Assembly: GCF_964355755.1 (NCBI RefSeq) | Contig: NC_092672.1 | Location: 32,184,437 to 32,248,436, forward strand | Direction: 5' to 3' | Length of the DNA stretch: 64,000 nucleotides | Source: Antedon mediterranea | Taxonomy: Eukaryota > Animalia > Echinodermata | In this document: piece by piece, positions 27,401 through 42,400 of the stretch | Position numbering within the stretch: position 1 is the first letter of the stretch | Layout of the letters: each line of letters starts with the position of its first letter | Made by a program: the position numbers and the translations under genes | The notes under the pieces: generated by a model | Told to the model about the DNA's origin: nothing | The model's input: the letters and a program-made list of their open reading frames with translations, nothing else | Databases searched by the model: none

Positions 27401-30400
27401 AACAAAGGTCGTGTTGAGTTTACGTACAGCATGAACTGTGTTAAAGATCGGTTCCCACTTGGACACAGTTTACTGTACATTCTGGTGATCCGACCCGGCG
27501 TGATTGGCCAATTATTTGTGGCGCGCGTGATTATGTCCTTGCGTTACGTCTAAAGCTCTGTCTACACTAACAAACATGTGAAAAAATTTGATAACATAAT
27601 CGTTAATAATTGATCCAAAGGGACGTTTAAATTAACAAAGACAACACATTTTAATAGTAACAACATATTGTTAGCAATATTGTAATGCTATTGCTATAGT
27701 ACAATTCTATTATCAAACGACAGTGAAACACCTGTAGTGACATACATTTGATAATGTTTTCGTTTCAGTCTTAATAAAATAGAAATTTACGGCATTGAGA
27801 CAGATGTCATTAGACCTTCCTTTTTACTCAATAAAGAACTTTGCTGCATCGATTAGGCTAAAGATATTTTTTCAGGCTATTCCCGCAAACAAAGAGCTGG
27901 TGTAGACCTCATCCCAGTTCTAAACTCAGATCTTATGAATATACGTCTACGTCTAATATATAATGATGTTTATTAGATTGTAAAGATACATCGATTCTGC
28001 TGTCTGTAGGTAGATACTAACTGACTATTGACAGTCATCTAGATATGAGTCTAGGTGTATTAATACATGTCAACCTACATGAAGCTGTCACTAGTTCGTA
28101 TGTAGATTTAAGCTTTACCATGGACATTGGTAGCCTATGGGTTTCAGACGGTGTTTTGACTCAATATCAGTAAAATACTTTGGCACATATGGCGTTTCAT
28201 ACGTGTACTGCTTGTAAACTTGTATTTCAACAAGCCTCGAAATAACTACAGACTTGGGGCAAGTCTACATAGACATTTGCAGAATCGAGTGTTTGTGAAA
28301 AGAAAATTGTGTGACAAAAAAATGCACGAAACTAACTGTCCACTCAATGAACAAGGCCATATACATGGCTGCAGTCGCGTGCTCAAGTTAGTGGTTACCG
28401 ACCAACCGACCAACCGACCGACATAGTGAGCTGTAGATGGTCTTATTGTATAGCGCCTGTATCAGGCCTCAGCAGTCTGAGTTTGTACCGTACTCAGCTC
28501 TTTATTTGTTTACATTGAATGTTACGTAGTTTTTCTAGTTTTTTTTCTAGCGTTATTTTGCACACTGTCACTCTATTAATTACAAGGAGAGAGTACAGTG
28601 ATTGTTTGTACATTGCCATAATATGTCAAGAGTATTCCTTCAAAGCTTTCTTTCATCGTAATATATACTTTATATAATTCTTCATTTTCGTATAGCCTGA
28701 TTTCTCTTACGGCGAACGTTCAATCATTGACAACATTTCTGACACCAAATGAATAATGTAATATCATTAATAAGCAGCTGTTTCTTAAAAGCTTATCAGT
28801 AGCTAATTAAGTATGCAATTAATGTATGATTGATTTCAAACACTTTATCACGTTAATATTATAATCTGTCAAAATAGGACTTTTAATGAAAGAGTAGGCC
28901 TAGGCCTACGTCTTGTGAATTGTGAATTTCATATATTATATTGCCCTCTTTTTTCGTTACTCTGGACCCACCCTATGGAACCACCTAACACCCTCCATCC
29001 TAAAATCTGCTTCCCCAAAGATACTTCTCTCAAAATTAAAAAAATACATCTTTTCTACTTATTAAATATATATTAGTCGGTCATGTCTCGATTTGCATTA
29101 CCAACAGATTTATTTATTTTTTCTGTTATTCATATTTTAGATTATGAAGTTTATTATTATTTTCTTCAATGCATTTCTTTCTTTTTTATATGTTTTTTTT
29201 TTCTGTTGAGGCTTGCCCAACTCAAGATGTTTCCCAACATCTTTCAGGGCTTTTGCCTTCAATTTCTGAAACATTTTTTTAAAAATTATAATACTGTACC
29301 ATACTGTTTCTTTGTTTTCCTATGTTTTCAGATTTTGTAAATAAATGTCTATTTGAATTGAATTGAATTGAATATACTACTGTACATTATAAGTGCCTAT
29401 AGTGTTGGTCAGTAATACGTAGGTTTGTTTATTTATTTGCATTTATTTCACTAATGTAAATTGTACTTACACAATGATTATAGTCAGAAACGTAAACATG
29501 CAGCATTGGCGTTTTATTTATTTATAATGTAGTGTATTGTTAGTTGGATAAATTTATATAAATTAAAAAAATCTGTTTATTAAAATCAAAACTCTGATTG
29601 TTGAAACTGAAAGGAACATAAAGCTTGATTTACACGTTTACACGCACGCGCGCGTACAAATACTGTTAAAATAATGTGTGTGTGGATGTGTGCGCGCGCG
29701 ACAATGGTCAAATACCTTGACAATATTTTAAAGATGTATTGTCACCCTAAAAAAAATTCTTGCAATTTTTTGTGTAGAATATGCCATTTTAATGTCACAT
29801 AATAAAAAAAAATTATTTACCTGAAAAACTGTAATTTAAAGCAAAAGTAGTCAAATTGGCTGCCAGCCAATGGGTTTCTGATTGAATTTACCCATTTATT
29901 TTGTAACTTTATATGTAAAATATTTTTTCGTTTTTTTTCTATGAAACAGATTTACTCTATTAAAACTACAACAAATTCAAAGTCTGATTTAATTAATCTT
30001 CATTTTTTATGTTTTTGAGGTACAGTACAATACATAAGGTTGAATTTGTGGCGATAGACTACAACTGCCGTTTCTACTAAACTATTGAAAATAAATAAAT
30101 ACATTTTTGAAGTGATGACGCAACTCTAAACTTTAAATTTAATCATTCTTCTGTGTTTATAATAATGTTCAGTAGAAAGTGATGTTTTTCGCGATTCAAT
30201 CTCACTCACTCATTTCTCAGCTGTAAGGTGTTATTTTCTTTACCATAATTTGTCATTATAGCATGTATAGTACTAGCTCTCGGCATGCTTATGTCATCAT
30301 AATATATGATGAAATACACAATTTCAGATTTAACCTTTAGGATATTTAGGATATATAAGTCCACATTGTAGGCCTAGATAGTGTCGTAGCTGTCTTTCTA

Positions 30401-33400
30401 AAGCTATCTAATAAACCATAAAAAAAAGACGAGTAGGCTACAGTAGCTCTAATGACACACTTAACAATCTTTTCGGAGACGAATATGTACTGCCCATGCG
30501 CAATGAACCGACAGAGATTTTTACTTGATACGTTATTATCTTCTAATTTAATCAGTAGGCATGCGCATTGGAAACGAAACCAACAGCATTCTCTGTTGAA
30601 ATATTATTTTGTTTAATATAGATTAGTCTAGGTTCTAGACGGAAGTTTGATTTAATTAGTACAAATATAAATATTTTGGCAAATATGGCGTTTCATACGT
30701 ATACTTCTAAAATCGAAAAGACTAACATAAAAAAGACAATGATTACAAAGACTTGGGATAGGTCTAAATATAGCCAGATGTGTTTCTGCAACTGAAAGAT
30801 GCGGATATATAAGTATTTAAAGAACATGCGTGAAGAACAAAAAGACGAAACAAATTGTGTAAGATATTTCCTTACATATTTCACTTTAAAGATGTATTGT
30901 CCCCCAAAAACATGAAAAATGAAAATTAATTAAATCAGACTTTGAATATGTTATTTTATAGTTTTAATAAAGTTAATCACTTCCATAGAAAAAGAAACTT
31001 ATAAGTTAATAAGTGGTTAAATGACCATTTTTTGCTTTAAATTACATTTTTTTCAGGTAAATACATTTTTTTTATCCAATTTTTGGTCAAAGTGGATAAC
31101 TATTATGTTACATTAAAATAGAATATTCAACAAAAATTGTTTTAAGAATTATTTTATCAGGGGGACAATATATCTTTAAGTCAATAGATATTTACAGATT
31201 TACCTTTTAGATGTAATTTTATTAAGTTCGGCTACTGGAATTAGCATATTTTCTGGTATGACCATAAGGAGTGAAAGGATAATACTTTGATCTGGTATGA
31301 CTGTACAATTTAATTTTAGATTTGCCGGGTTAAGTTTCAATTTAATACACTGAAAGGTAAACCTGACCCTAAAGCTCTGTCTTCACTATCAAACGTTATG
31401 TGACAACAAAATGTGATGTGGCCATATATGGACATGATGATGTCATATCACTACCATATTTAAGCATATCATTACCATATTTGGGCACATCACATTACAA
31501 AGTCCATCTGCATCCACCACGCGACGCCCCCACCAACTTGTTTTTGATACTCGCATATACCCTGAACATGGAGGTGTACAATTTTAAAAAGAAAATAAAA
31601 TTATACCTCCGTGCCCTGAACATATAAACATTATTATCTTGATGGAACAATTTCAATATATTTGTGGCGTTCCTTAATAGCCTACTGACGTCACTAATAA
31701 TGTTTAGTTGACATTTTATCGTTTAAAATCAGAACGAGGCCAACTGTCTTAAATTATAGAAAGGAATAGTTTAGAATCTTTATTGCAGAAATACGATTCT
31801 TTTTTATTTGAACATATCTTCTCTTTATAAGTATTGTTTTATAGTACTTTTTATAATAATCATTTCTATGTAAAGCTTCTGATATTGATTTTTTATATAT
31901 ATATACATATTTTAATATTTTAATTGTTTTAACTCTGAGCAAATGAATTTCTCCTTTGGAGATTAATACAATTCTCTGATTCTGATTTTGATTCATTCCA
32001 CTCCTCTGCTCGTAGAAAACCTCTGTATTTCACTTTTGTGTTTGCGTGTGAAATTATCATAGTGGTAGGTTTAGCGTTGAAGTTCTCCATTATTTTGAGT
32101 GCAATGTATTCTAGAAGTAACATAATCTGAACATAAAGCGAATCTCAAGGTCAAATTACACCCAAATTGTGTAATCTTATTATACACAATATACGAAGCA
32201 TGAACAGTCATTGGTGATGGTGTATCTCTCTCTCTCTCTTTATTAATTTTTCTTTTGATGATTGAATTAGAAAATAAACAAAATTTCATGCTCTGGTTTT
32301 TGTGGATAATGTATGATTGTAATCAATATGTCGTGGTTGTGACTGGAGTTTGAAGCAAAACAAAATCATTGAAAGTGGGAGTGACACAATCAAGTTGTTG
32401 CAGCATAAATTAACCTAATTTGAATAATAAAGCAAGGTCTAATTAAAATACGGTTGTGGCTAACAATATATTCTCAACTTTATTTATTTATTTATTTATT
32501 TTTGGAAGCACATAATGTACAGCAACATGATTTTACTGCGATTATCGCCATTCCCCAGAAAGTTCTAGCTAGAGGTTGGTTTACGCTGAGCCTGAAATAC
32601 AGTATTTAACTCAGTTAATTAAAACAGTTAATTAGTAAATAAAATATTTTGTTTAAAATTAACTAAAGTTTTGACCAAGCTTTCTCTGTAACTAACTCAT
32701 TTAAACAATGATTTTGTTGAATGTCTCGGAAAAGATGGTTTCATTGTAATATGCAATAATACGGTATGTACCGGTGGTAATCTATAAAGCTTGTCTACAC
32801 TATCAAACTTTATGTGACAAAACAATGTGGTTTGTCCATATATGTACATGATGATGTCATATCACTACCATATTTAAGCATCACTACCATATTTGGGAAC
32901 ATTACACTTTTTTTGTAAAACTAGAGCTTAACTTAAGTTATTAAACTGCCTGTCTATATAATAATACAGAATTTTGAAATGATAATTAAGTACGAGAGAG
33001 ATGTGACACGTTGTAATTGTTTTTGTTACGTTTTCATCTATCTGTTTTTATACATCTCAGAGCAAACTATTCTATGTATCTTTTATATGCAAATGACAAT
33101 AAATGTAAGTTTTCCACTGATGAATGAATAAATGAATGAGGCAGTGAACATCGGGATCCGCTGTATGATAATGGTCATGTTTTTCTATATCGTTATCATT
33201 GCTTCATGATATAAAGCAATTATGAATGATAAAGTTTGCTATAGACCTATATGTAAATTCCCGATGTGCGCAATCCATCAATATAATGTATATGAACGTA
33301 TCGGCCGCCGCAGGGATGGTTAAGCTTGGTTCCCACTAGAACGTAACGCAAGGACGTAAACGCAACGCAAGCGTTTTAACCAATGACAAGCGAAGTTATA

Positions 33401-36400
33401 GACAGTTAGCAATCACAAGCGAATAAGCCATCGCTTGTGATTGGTCAATTCACTTGCGTTGCGTTACGTCCTTGTGTTGCGTTGCCAGTGGGAACCACGC
33501 TTTAAGTTCGTATACGACGTTTATTCTTAATTTGGATAAAACAATACAGTGATGATTCTATTATAGGTTATTCAAATGTCAATCTATCGCACTGTAGGCC
33601 TAAATTAAAGAAATTTTAGTTCCCGATATTGTCTGTATAAAATATGATACATTGGCAACTTTGCTTGGAAATAATCGTGGAGGTATCCGTTATTTCCATT
33701 AGAAGCATGTTGATTAAGCTTGGTTCCCACTAGGACGCAACGCAAGGACGTGGAGGCAACGCAAGCGAGTTGACCAATGACAAGCGACAGTTCGAATAAT
33801 TCATCGCTTGTAATTGGTCAAATTCCTTACGTTGCGTCACGTCGTTGTGGGAACCACGCATAATTTATTCTTAAATGAAATTAAGCTGTAACCATTCAAT
33901 AGAATGGCGTAGCTTTAGTCAGACCTAAACACTTAATAGCAAACGTAAAATCAATTCTGAATTAATTTCGCTGTAACGTGTGCTATTTGATAAATTTAAT
34001 ATGACTCTTTTATACAGTAGTAGGCCTATCAATTACAGTATGGATAACGTGATAATTATAGAACTACTTTATATTTATATTCGTTTTTTTCTGTTTAAGA
34101 CCGAAAATAGTTCTGTTTTTTTTTCATCCTACATCGTTGCCATGATTCTTTTTTTTTTTTTATTTCTTCTGGAGGTGGGCGGTTTTTTTTTGTGGTGGGT
34201 TTCTTTTTGAGGTGGCTTCTTTTTTAATGGCTTCACCTTGAAGGAAGAGCTGTCTTTAGAGTAAATGTAGCCGACTAATTTTACAGTCAATTTATGGTAA
34301 ACGTCAAAAGTCCATTTATTTCGCTTTCATAACAGAAAATAAATACAAAGTGTTTCTCTTAAACCATTAAAGCTGCTAATAATGACAAACTCTCCAGCAA
34401 TCTCGCATAATAATCCTTCTACGTCCAAATAGTCCTCTTGCTTTAGATTATATGAACTGAAGAGATTCGTCGCTTCAATATTGATATAATTCATTTACGT
34501 GATGTTTTGAGTGAACGACAGCAATCTTTAATTATTACTACGGTTATTTTGAATGGACATTGAGCTACCTGCAGATAATGAGATTTAATGTGATTTATCC
34601 TCTCAACACTAGTTTGTAAACATCATATACGTCGTGTGAACGTGCTAAAGTTTAAAGGTGCATTCATACGAGAAGAGCCGATGCGACAACACTTTTTCCA
34701 TACTGAATATTGAGCTACCTGCAGATAATGAGATTTTATGTGATTTATCCTCTCAACACTAGTTTGTAAACATCATATACGTCGTATGAACGTGTATAGT
34801 TTAAAGGTACATTCACACTAGAAGAACCGATGCGACAACACTTTTTCAAAATAAATATAGTCATCAATTATACCATTTTAAAGTTAAATTCAGTTACATT
34901 ACGAAATACTCCTTAATTTAATGTTAAGCAAAATTAATTTTTTTTTAGATACTGAAATATACGACTCTTGTGACTCCATCTCCAAGGCAACACAACAGGC
35001 AATGAATTTTATCATAAATACAACTGTTATGGAGAAATGTCAGTGTCCAGACGAGAGGCAAAGTTCAGGTCCACTTTTAGGGGTAGTAGGAGGTTCGTCA
35101 AGTTCTACTTCTGCACAAATGGCGAGTTTGTTTCGAATCGAGAAGATAACGCAAGTATGAATATTATAAATTAAGACATTTTTATGACATACAGATTTAT
35201 TGAAATAACTTGTTTGTAATTAAAATAGTTTCATCATCACAGTTGATGTAGGCCCATTGTTATGTTTTCTGCTTATAAACCGCTAGACTGTATTTCTTGT
35301 CGTATATACTGTCGACGTTTCGATTTTTTCTGAAAATACGAGATCATGTTTTATACGTATGAAACGACATATGTGCCAAAATATTCTAGAACCTAGACTA
35401 ATAAACAGCATGTAATGTAAATGTTCGCTTTGGCTTAATTTTTATTTTATTTCTAAAGAAAACCCCATTGGAAATAAGGTCCACATCGGCATGTTATTTT
35501 GAATTGTATAGGTATATCTATATACTATAGTAATCAGTTATCTGATATAAAATATATCCATAAAAATAATAATTATCCGAAACAAAAATACACAACTGAA
35601 ATTTACTTCCCAATCACCGGGACCTTAAACAAATCTGAATACATGAATTGAAAAAGCAATATCATTTGTGTTTGAACAAAGCAATTCACCTTCTGAATGA
35701 AATGCGATGTAACAAGTTTTCATTATTTCTTTCATTCTTATTATGTAAACTACTCAGTAACGAAATGATGTGTTTATTAGATAAGTACGGAAGCCCGTTC
35801 AGCTCTTAAGATGTATTAATATACAGTAGTGACCCGAACGGGCTTCCGTAGATAAGTATTAATAAAGAGAAATACTTTCTTCCTTAATAGTTACACATAT
35901 AATATTAATAAAGAAACGTTAATCCTCTAATCACCGTTATTATCATTTCAACAAGATATATATCAATACAGAGGAGTGTTCCTTGTTCAAGGGATTGGTC
36001 GAAATTAATATTGTGTCCCCTCATTCGCTTCATGGAAACGTACCCCGTAATAGGAGTGTCCCCTAAATAAGGGTGTCCCGAAAAGGGACCTAGTATTTTG
36101 TGAACCATTTTTGGCACTAACGCTCTTTCTTTATGTTTGTATTTGTTTTATGGTAATAAGAAAATCTAGTATTTGTCTAAGGAGGAGGCAGGTACGCGAC
36201 GTGTGTTAAATTAGAATGACACAAGTCTGTATGGGTTCGTCCTAACAACAAAAAACAAATTGTCATAAGCTATTGCTAATTTATCATCACTTTAGCTGAA
36301 AAAAAAATGGGTGTTCGAAACTTTAACAATAACAATACCAACCCTCCCCCTTCTCCCTCCTTCTTTTCCCTCCCCTTACTACACATTTGAATACAGTCAC

Positions 36401-39400
36401 ATATAATCATTACATAATATAGAGGACATTTTATTCAGAATGCATGCCATTGTTTTCCAAGACATTATCCGAGTGAAACACAGTTTCTGATATTTATATT
36501 CCCATTAGCTGCTGTATAAAGTAGCATTAGCAATCATACTTAGCGAGCTTCCACAGTTTCTTAATTCCTAATAAATCTTCAGACATATAGAAAAAAACCA
36601 ATGTTCATATATAGAATATCTGATATAGAAAGAAGGCCGATTTTATCATGCTGATGTATTGTCAGTTTTTACTATTAAATCTGTCGGAACTGTACATTAG
36701 TCACGTTTTTAATCAATCGCCTAAACAAAATGCACGTCCATTTTCGTTTATTTATAAATCTGCTAAGCAGTCAGATAGTTTGGCAGTGAACTTAGTAGCT
36801 TTTAGGAACTGTTCGCGAAAGATAAACTTGTTTACCTTAAAGATACAGTGGCGGAATTAGAATTTGCACTTGTTTTTTAAAACTTTTTACTTCAAACTTT
36901 GGGGCTCGATCATCTGTGTTCAAAATTATAGATCTATCGTAAGATTACTGTCTCGCCTTCTTTCTGAACAGAAATAATGAACATGTACTGTCAATCACCT
37001 GGAAATTACCTAACTACACATACTTTAAAATAATAATAATAAATAACTAGAAATGTTAAAGTGCAAGAGCTGATCAAGGCCTATAGCCTATATTTGCCTA
37101 GCATAACGTAGTTTTGATGACGGAGGACCATCCTAAAGACACGAACCAATTGTTTATTTCAGAACACTTCTCATTGGATAAAAAAATACCTCCAATGGAC
37201 TATGAGTGTAAAATCGTCTACAAATGGATTTCACCCGCAAAAAGCGAAAGCCGTAAACTTAGCCTCTAGCTTGTCTTAGGCCAAAGCTTTGTAGTCAAAC
37301 AATCATCTTTCGGATCTGACAAGCAATGATGCATGACGGGAGGTAAAATTGATGTCCAGAATTATATGAATATCTGCTACGCAGCAATTAAAAGAAGAAT
37401 ATGATTTATAAACTTAAAAACAAAAAAAAGTTGTAGAGTGTGGTTTACAGACATTATAAACATTCTGTCAGGCAAATTAAGAGTTCATTTTTTAAACTTA
37501 TTTGTCCATGTTTAAGGAGAAAAAAAAACACATTTGATTTATGCTATCTACACACATTTTTATTAAGCCTACAGCGGAAGAGTGCGCATTTAGCCGTCCC
37601 ATCCTCCAGCTTATACGCCCTTGCAATGAGAATCTCTTTTTGATATTTCAGGCCTTTGTTTCAATACAAGTATTATTTTTGCAACGATAATATTAAATAT
37701 AACTCGTTTTTGGCGTAGTATCGCCAGACTCAGTTACCCGCGTTTACATTGAAATCAATATTTCATGTATTACTCAAATTAATTTGATATTTTGTATCAC
37801 GATTATTCGCTCGAGTGACAGCCTATAGTGGTTTAGTCACTAGGGTTGTCAAACGGCTTTGTTTTGGTTGTGTTTGTTACCAACATGCATTAAGTAGAAT
37901 CTTATATTTGTTACTCTCTTCCTTAGGGAACTTAGTGTATTTGTTAAAGATCATATGTCATGCTTTTAAAACAGTTAGAATGTCGTGAGCAATGTTCATT
38001 ACTTAGTGCAGTTTCCGGATGTTTTGTATTTGAGAAAGTATACTAATGTATTGACGCATTGGATTCTGTCTTATTATGACGTATAGTCAGACGACAGTGA
38101 CAAGGTCCCGGATGGTTACCATAAACAACCGATAAAAGTGAATTATTCGATATATTTCAATGCATTTTTTCCACGTAATGTAATCTTTTAGCTCATTACT
38201 TTACAGCAGCCGATTAGGATTTCTGGAAAATATCACAAAATATATAATATCTATAATTATAGATTGGCCTTGACCTATGACTTTAACTCCTTGCTGTTTT
38301 TTGTGTAAATTTCAATTAACAGATGTGATTTTGAATCGCAGTGTTTGCATTACTTTGCTGTCAAAATATGAAAAATTGATCTTTTTTGTGATGTCTCGTA
38401 TTAATACAATATGTAATTATTATTAAGATAAGAAGGCGGTAATATTATTAATAACGTGACTACACGACGAGTACAGTAAATTGAAAATTATTTTTTAACG
38501 TTAGAAAAAGACACATTCTTCCCGTGACGAAATCATTATATTTATATTTCTCGCCTTCATATCAATAAATTGTAAGCATGGAAAGCATCATACGATACTC
38601 CAGCCTCTTCAGAGAATGTAGGCATATATTTTCATTGCAGGCAATGGGGCATATATTTTCATTTCAGGCAATGATGTATGCCTTTATAGCCATGTGCCCA
38701 TAGATCCACAATTATTTTACAGAAAAAACGTATGGACTTTCTCCTATTAAATGATACAAACTAAATGCGTGGATAGATTAACTAAAACATATAGACATTA
38801 ATTTGTTTTAACTTATGAAATGTGAGGGATTACGCCAATAATAAGGTTTCCCTTTCTGCCTTATAAGATGAACACACAAGGCAAAAGTGATACTCGTCTT
38901 CTATTGTTCGGTCATACATAATATGGTATAGATTCAAGAACTCGAGATCATTTACTCTAGGCCTATGCGCATTTAATTTAACATTAAATTACGATTCGAA
39001 AGGACGTGCTGCATTAAACCTAAAGTTGATTAAATTGGTAATGTTTGATACTTTAGGCTCTGTCTACACTATTAACCTTTATGTGACAAAACATTATTGA
39101 CACAATGACGTCATATAGCACATCAGAATTTTTTGTCAAACTAGTTTGACTGTGTAGACAGAGCTTACGTAAGGAGGTAAGCGTGTCACAAGTACTTTGA
39201 CCAATCACAATTCTTGGATGATCCGAACTGTCGCTTTTGATTGGTCAATTAACTTCCGTTGTTCTTTAAGTTGCGTCCAAGTGGGAACTAAGCTTAATAC
39301 TGTCCCCTTCGGAACCAACACATTGATTCATAGGCGTCCCCTGAATAGGGGTTGGTCATGGTGTTAAAAGCTTTGCCGTTTGTCTCCTGGACATACCAAA

Positions 39401-42400
39401 GGAAGGTTTCTACCGTATTACAATGAGTATTTACAATTACCGTAAACGAAATATTTAAAAGAGGAAAGCTGTCAAAGAAATATTTGAACACTTTGTGACT
39501 ATTAACATTATTTTCAATATATAATCCGAAATGTAAACATGGAAGAAAAAAATGACGCATGTATGAGAGCGTTGGGACTACTTAAGAGTGGTATCCACTA
39601 ACTACGAGCCTGAGAGATTGTAAAGTAATGACTGAATACCATTAAATGTTATTAGCGTTGCGAGCTCGGTTTTCTTTAAAGGGTTTCACAGCAAATACAA
39701 TATTATTAAAAGCAAGACCTATCGCATATGGCAAGGTTTTCAACTGGCACATCATGTAATAAGAATAAGACAAACAGTTAGTTTAGTTCACGATTACGAC
39801 TTTCGATTGTTGTATGTGTAATTTGTGTAACATACTTGGCACATTTGCCAAGTATAGGCCTACTTGCTTTGTATGCCTCTTGTGCGCAATAATAGCCACA
39901 ATTTCTAAAATATCTTCCTAAATTTCTTTTGGTAATATACCCATAAAACATTTCTATTGATTTTCAGGAAAATTTATATATTGGTGACGTCAAAAACACC
40001 GATTAAAATCTCGAGTTACCCGTATCTTTAATATGGGCCGAAATATTAAATATTACGCCATCTGTCGTCGCTTTCTCTAACTTTTCCATAATTTTGTCAG
40101 TTTCATTTTATTCTCAAGTATTTTACCATTGGCGGATCAACCGATGCTCTTAATACCAATATTCATCCAAATAACCAAGTTAATGCTTGCTGCCAGGGTG
40201 ACATGGAGGGGCCAACGGTACTAAAAGTCAAGATGATAATAGAGAAATTTTAAATGTTTAAAACAAATCTTTATATTATGGTATAATTTTTAACCTCTCC
40301 TGGAAATCCGGCGCAGCAGGAGTTTGAAATAAATTGCATTAGTAACTACACTATACCTTATTACAACCATTCTGATAATCAATCAATATTATTTATTTAA
40401 ACTAGGTGAGCTACTGGGCAACAAGTTCCGAGCTCAACGATCGATTTCGCTACGGCTATCATTTCCGTACCGTGCCGTCAGATGCTGGTCTGAACAGCGC
40501 CATTATACAACTCGCTAGTGAATTCAATTGGAACTATTTGTCTGTAGTATATGAAGATTCCAGCTTTGGTCGTAAAGCAGTCGAAGAATTGCAAAAGCAG
40601 ACAAAGTCGTCTGACTTATGTTTGGCGGAGATACAAAAGTTCCCGTATGATACAAAGATGGCAACCGAGGAAGAATTCTATCGAATAGCTTCGAAGTTAA
40701 GTCAAGCAGCAAAAGCAAAAGGTATTTAAAATCGAATCTAATGAGATGAATGATAGTACATAATGTGGAATATTAAATTCAATTATTTCGAATAAAGCAG
40801 TATTGAATCTATATATTTCATATATGATGATGGTTTTCATGAACAAAAAAATATTCGTTTTATTTTGTATTTTCATTGTTATACACCTACTGTCCTGAAG
40901 TCAATTTTCAAAATCACTTTTATCTTGATGTCAAGTGCTCAGACTTTGAAGTGAGGAGGAACATTATAGATGGCCACCTATAGGCTTACAAATTAAGATA
41001 AAGATATATAGATAAATCGACCCATTCAATATAATACAACGATATAACTAACGCCATGTGACAACAACTCAACAAATGGCAAATGTATTGTATTGTAGTG
41101 TTAAAATGGATGAAGAGTGATAGGCATCAGATAAATATAGCGAAAATATAAATGAGAAATTTGAAAATAACGATATGTAGACGATAACAATTCTTAAGAT
41201 ACCTTATGCTACGGTATACTGTTGATTATTGTCATTAAAATATAGTAATATAGACAATTTAGCAGTAAATCAAACACAAGACGTAAATGACAACCAGGGT
41301 ATTTTAATACTCTCGGGCGATATTCATGAGTGATCTGCAGAAACAAAAATACTCGAAGCGAGCGAAACATTAAGCCACACTAGAATAGTAATAATAATAA
41401 AACTAATCAAGCACATGCTAAGGAAATCTAAATTCTAAAATAATATATAGAACTTTTCTTTTATGCACTGCGTATACTTATCGTCATAGGAATCTCAGAA
41501 AAGACAAAACCTAGACGCGCGCGTACAAAAAAATTGATGTACGCGCACCAACATTTTGATGTGTGTACGGAAAACTTGATGAGCGCGTATGAAAATATTG
41601 ATGCGTGCGTACGAAAATCTTGATACGCGCGTATAAAAATGTTGATGTACAATTTCCATCAATATTTGACTGTGTGTGTCAAATTATCTGCCTGTATTAT
41701 GATTTTACTTAATTATAAGCCAGTTATTATAAACTTTGATTACAACACGTTTACAGTTATGTGTTTTGATCGACTTTTATGACACACCTAGATTTTCACC
41801 TAATTACGGTTTCTAATCAACAATAAAAAAAAAACCTGATCAAATAAATATGTTGAACAATAAAAGATGGTTGGCTGATTTTTCTTGAGAACAATGCATT
41901 TTGCCAGTATGCACGTAAAAACAGTAGCTCTGTGTCTATGGAGGCAGTTAGCAGAACAATTTGAAAATCAATTTCTCCCCTCCCCCATATATTTTCCAAC
42001 TTATAAAGTAGTGATGTCAATTATTAGCATTCGCAAAAACTGTGAATAATACACTACTCATATTATATTGATGGCCATATGGTTGTGTATTAAAAACGAC
42101 CACACGTCAACAAACGAAACGATAATTATTTTGATGGGAAATGGACATTGGGGACCCATTTATTGATCTGCATTCGAAAATTAAATATTTAAAAACAATT
42201 ATATTTTCAGTTGTGATCGTGTTTGCTCAGAGAAAGGAGATGAACATGCTATTTGAGAGTGTACGTAAGCGGGAGCCCTCGCTGAGCAGACAATTGGTTT
42301 GGATTTTAAGCCATCATCCAGCAGACCAAGAATATCCAAAAGATATTGAGGGCGCGTTTCTGTTTTCTCACTGGACACAGTCAAGCGATAATTTTGAGCG

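Noticed and set aside
31754-32289. Three overlapping minus-strand ORFs, possible retroelement relic
   Set aside because: No recognisable motif; AT-rich chance ORFs cannot be excluded
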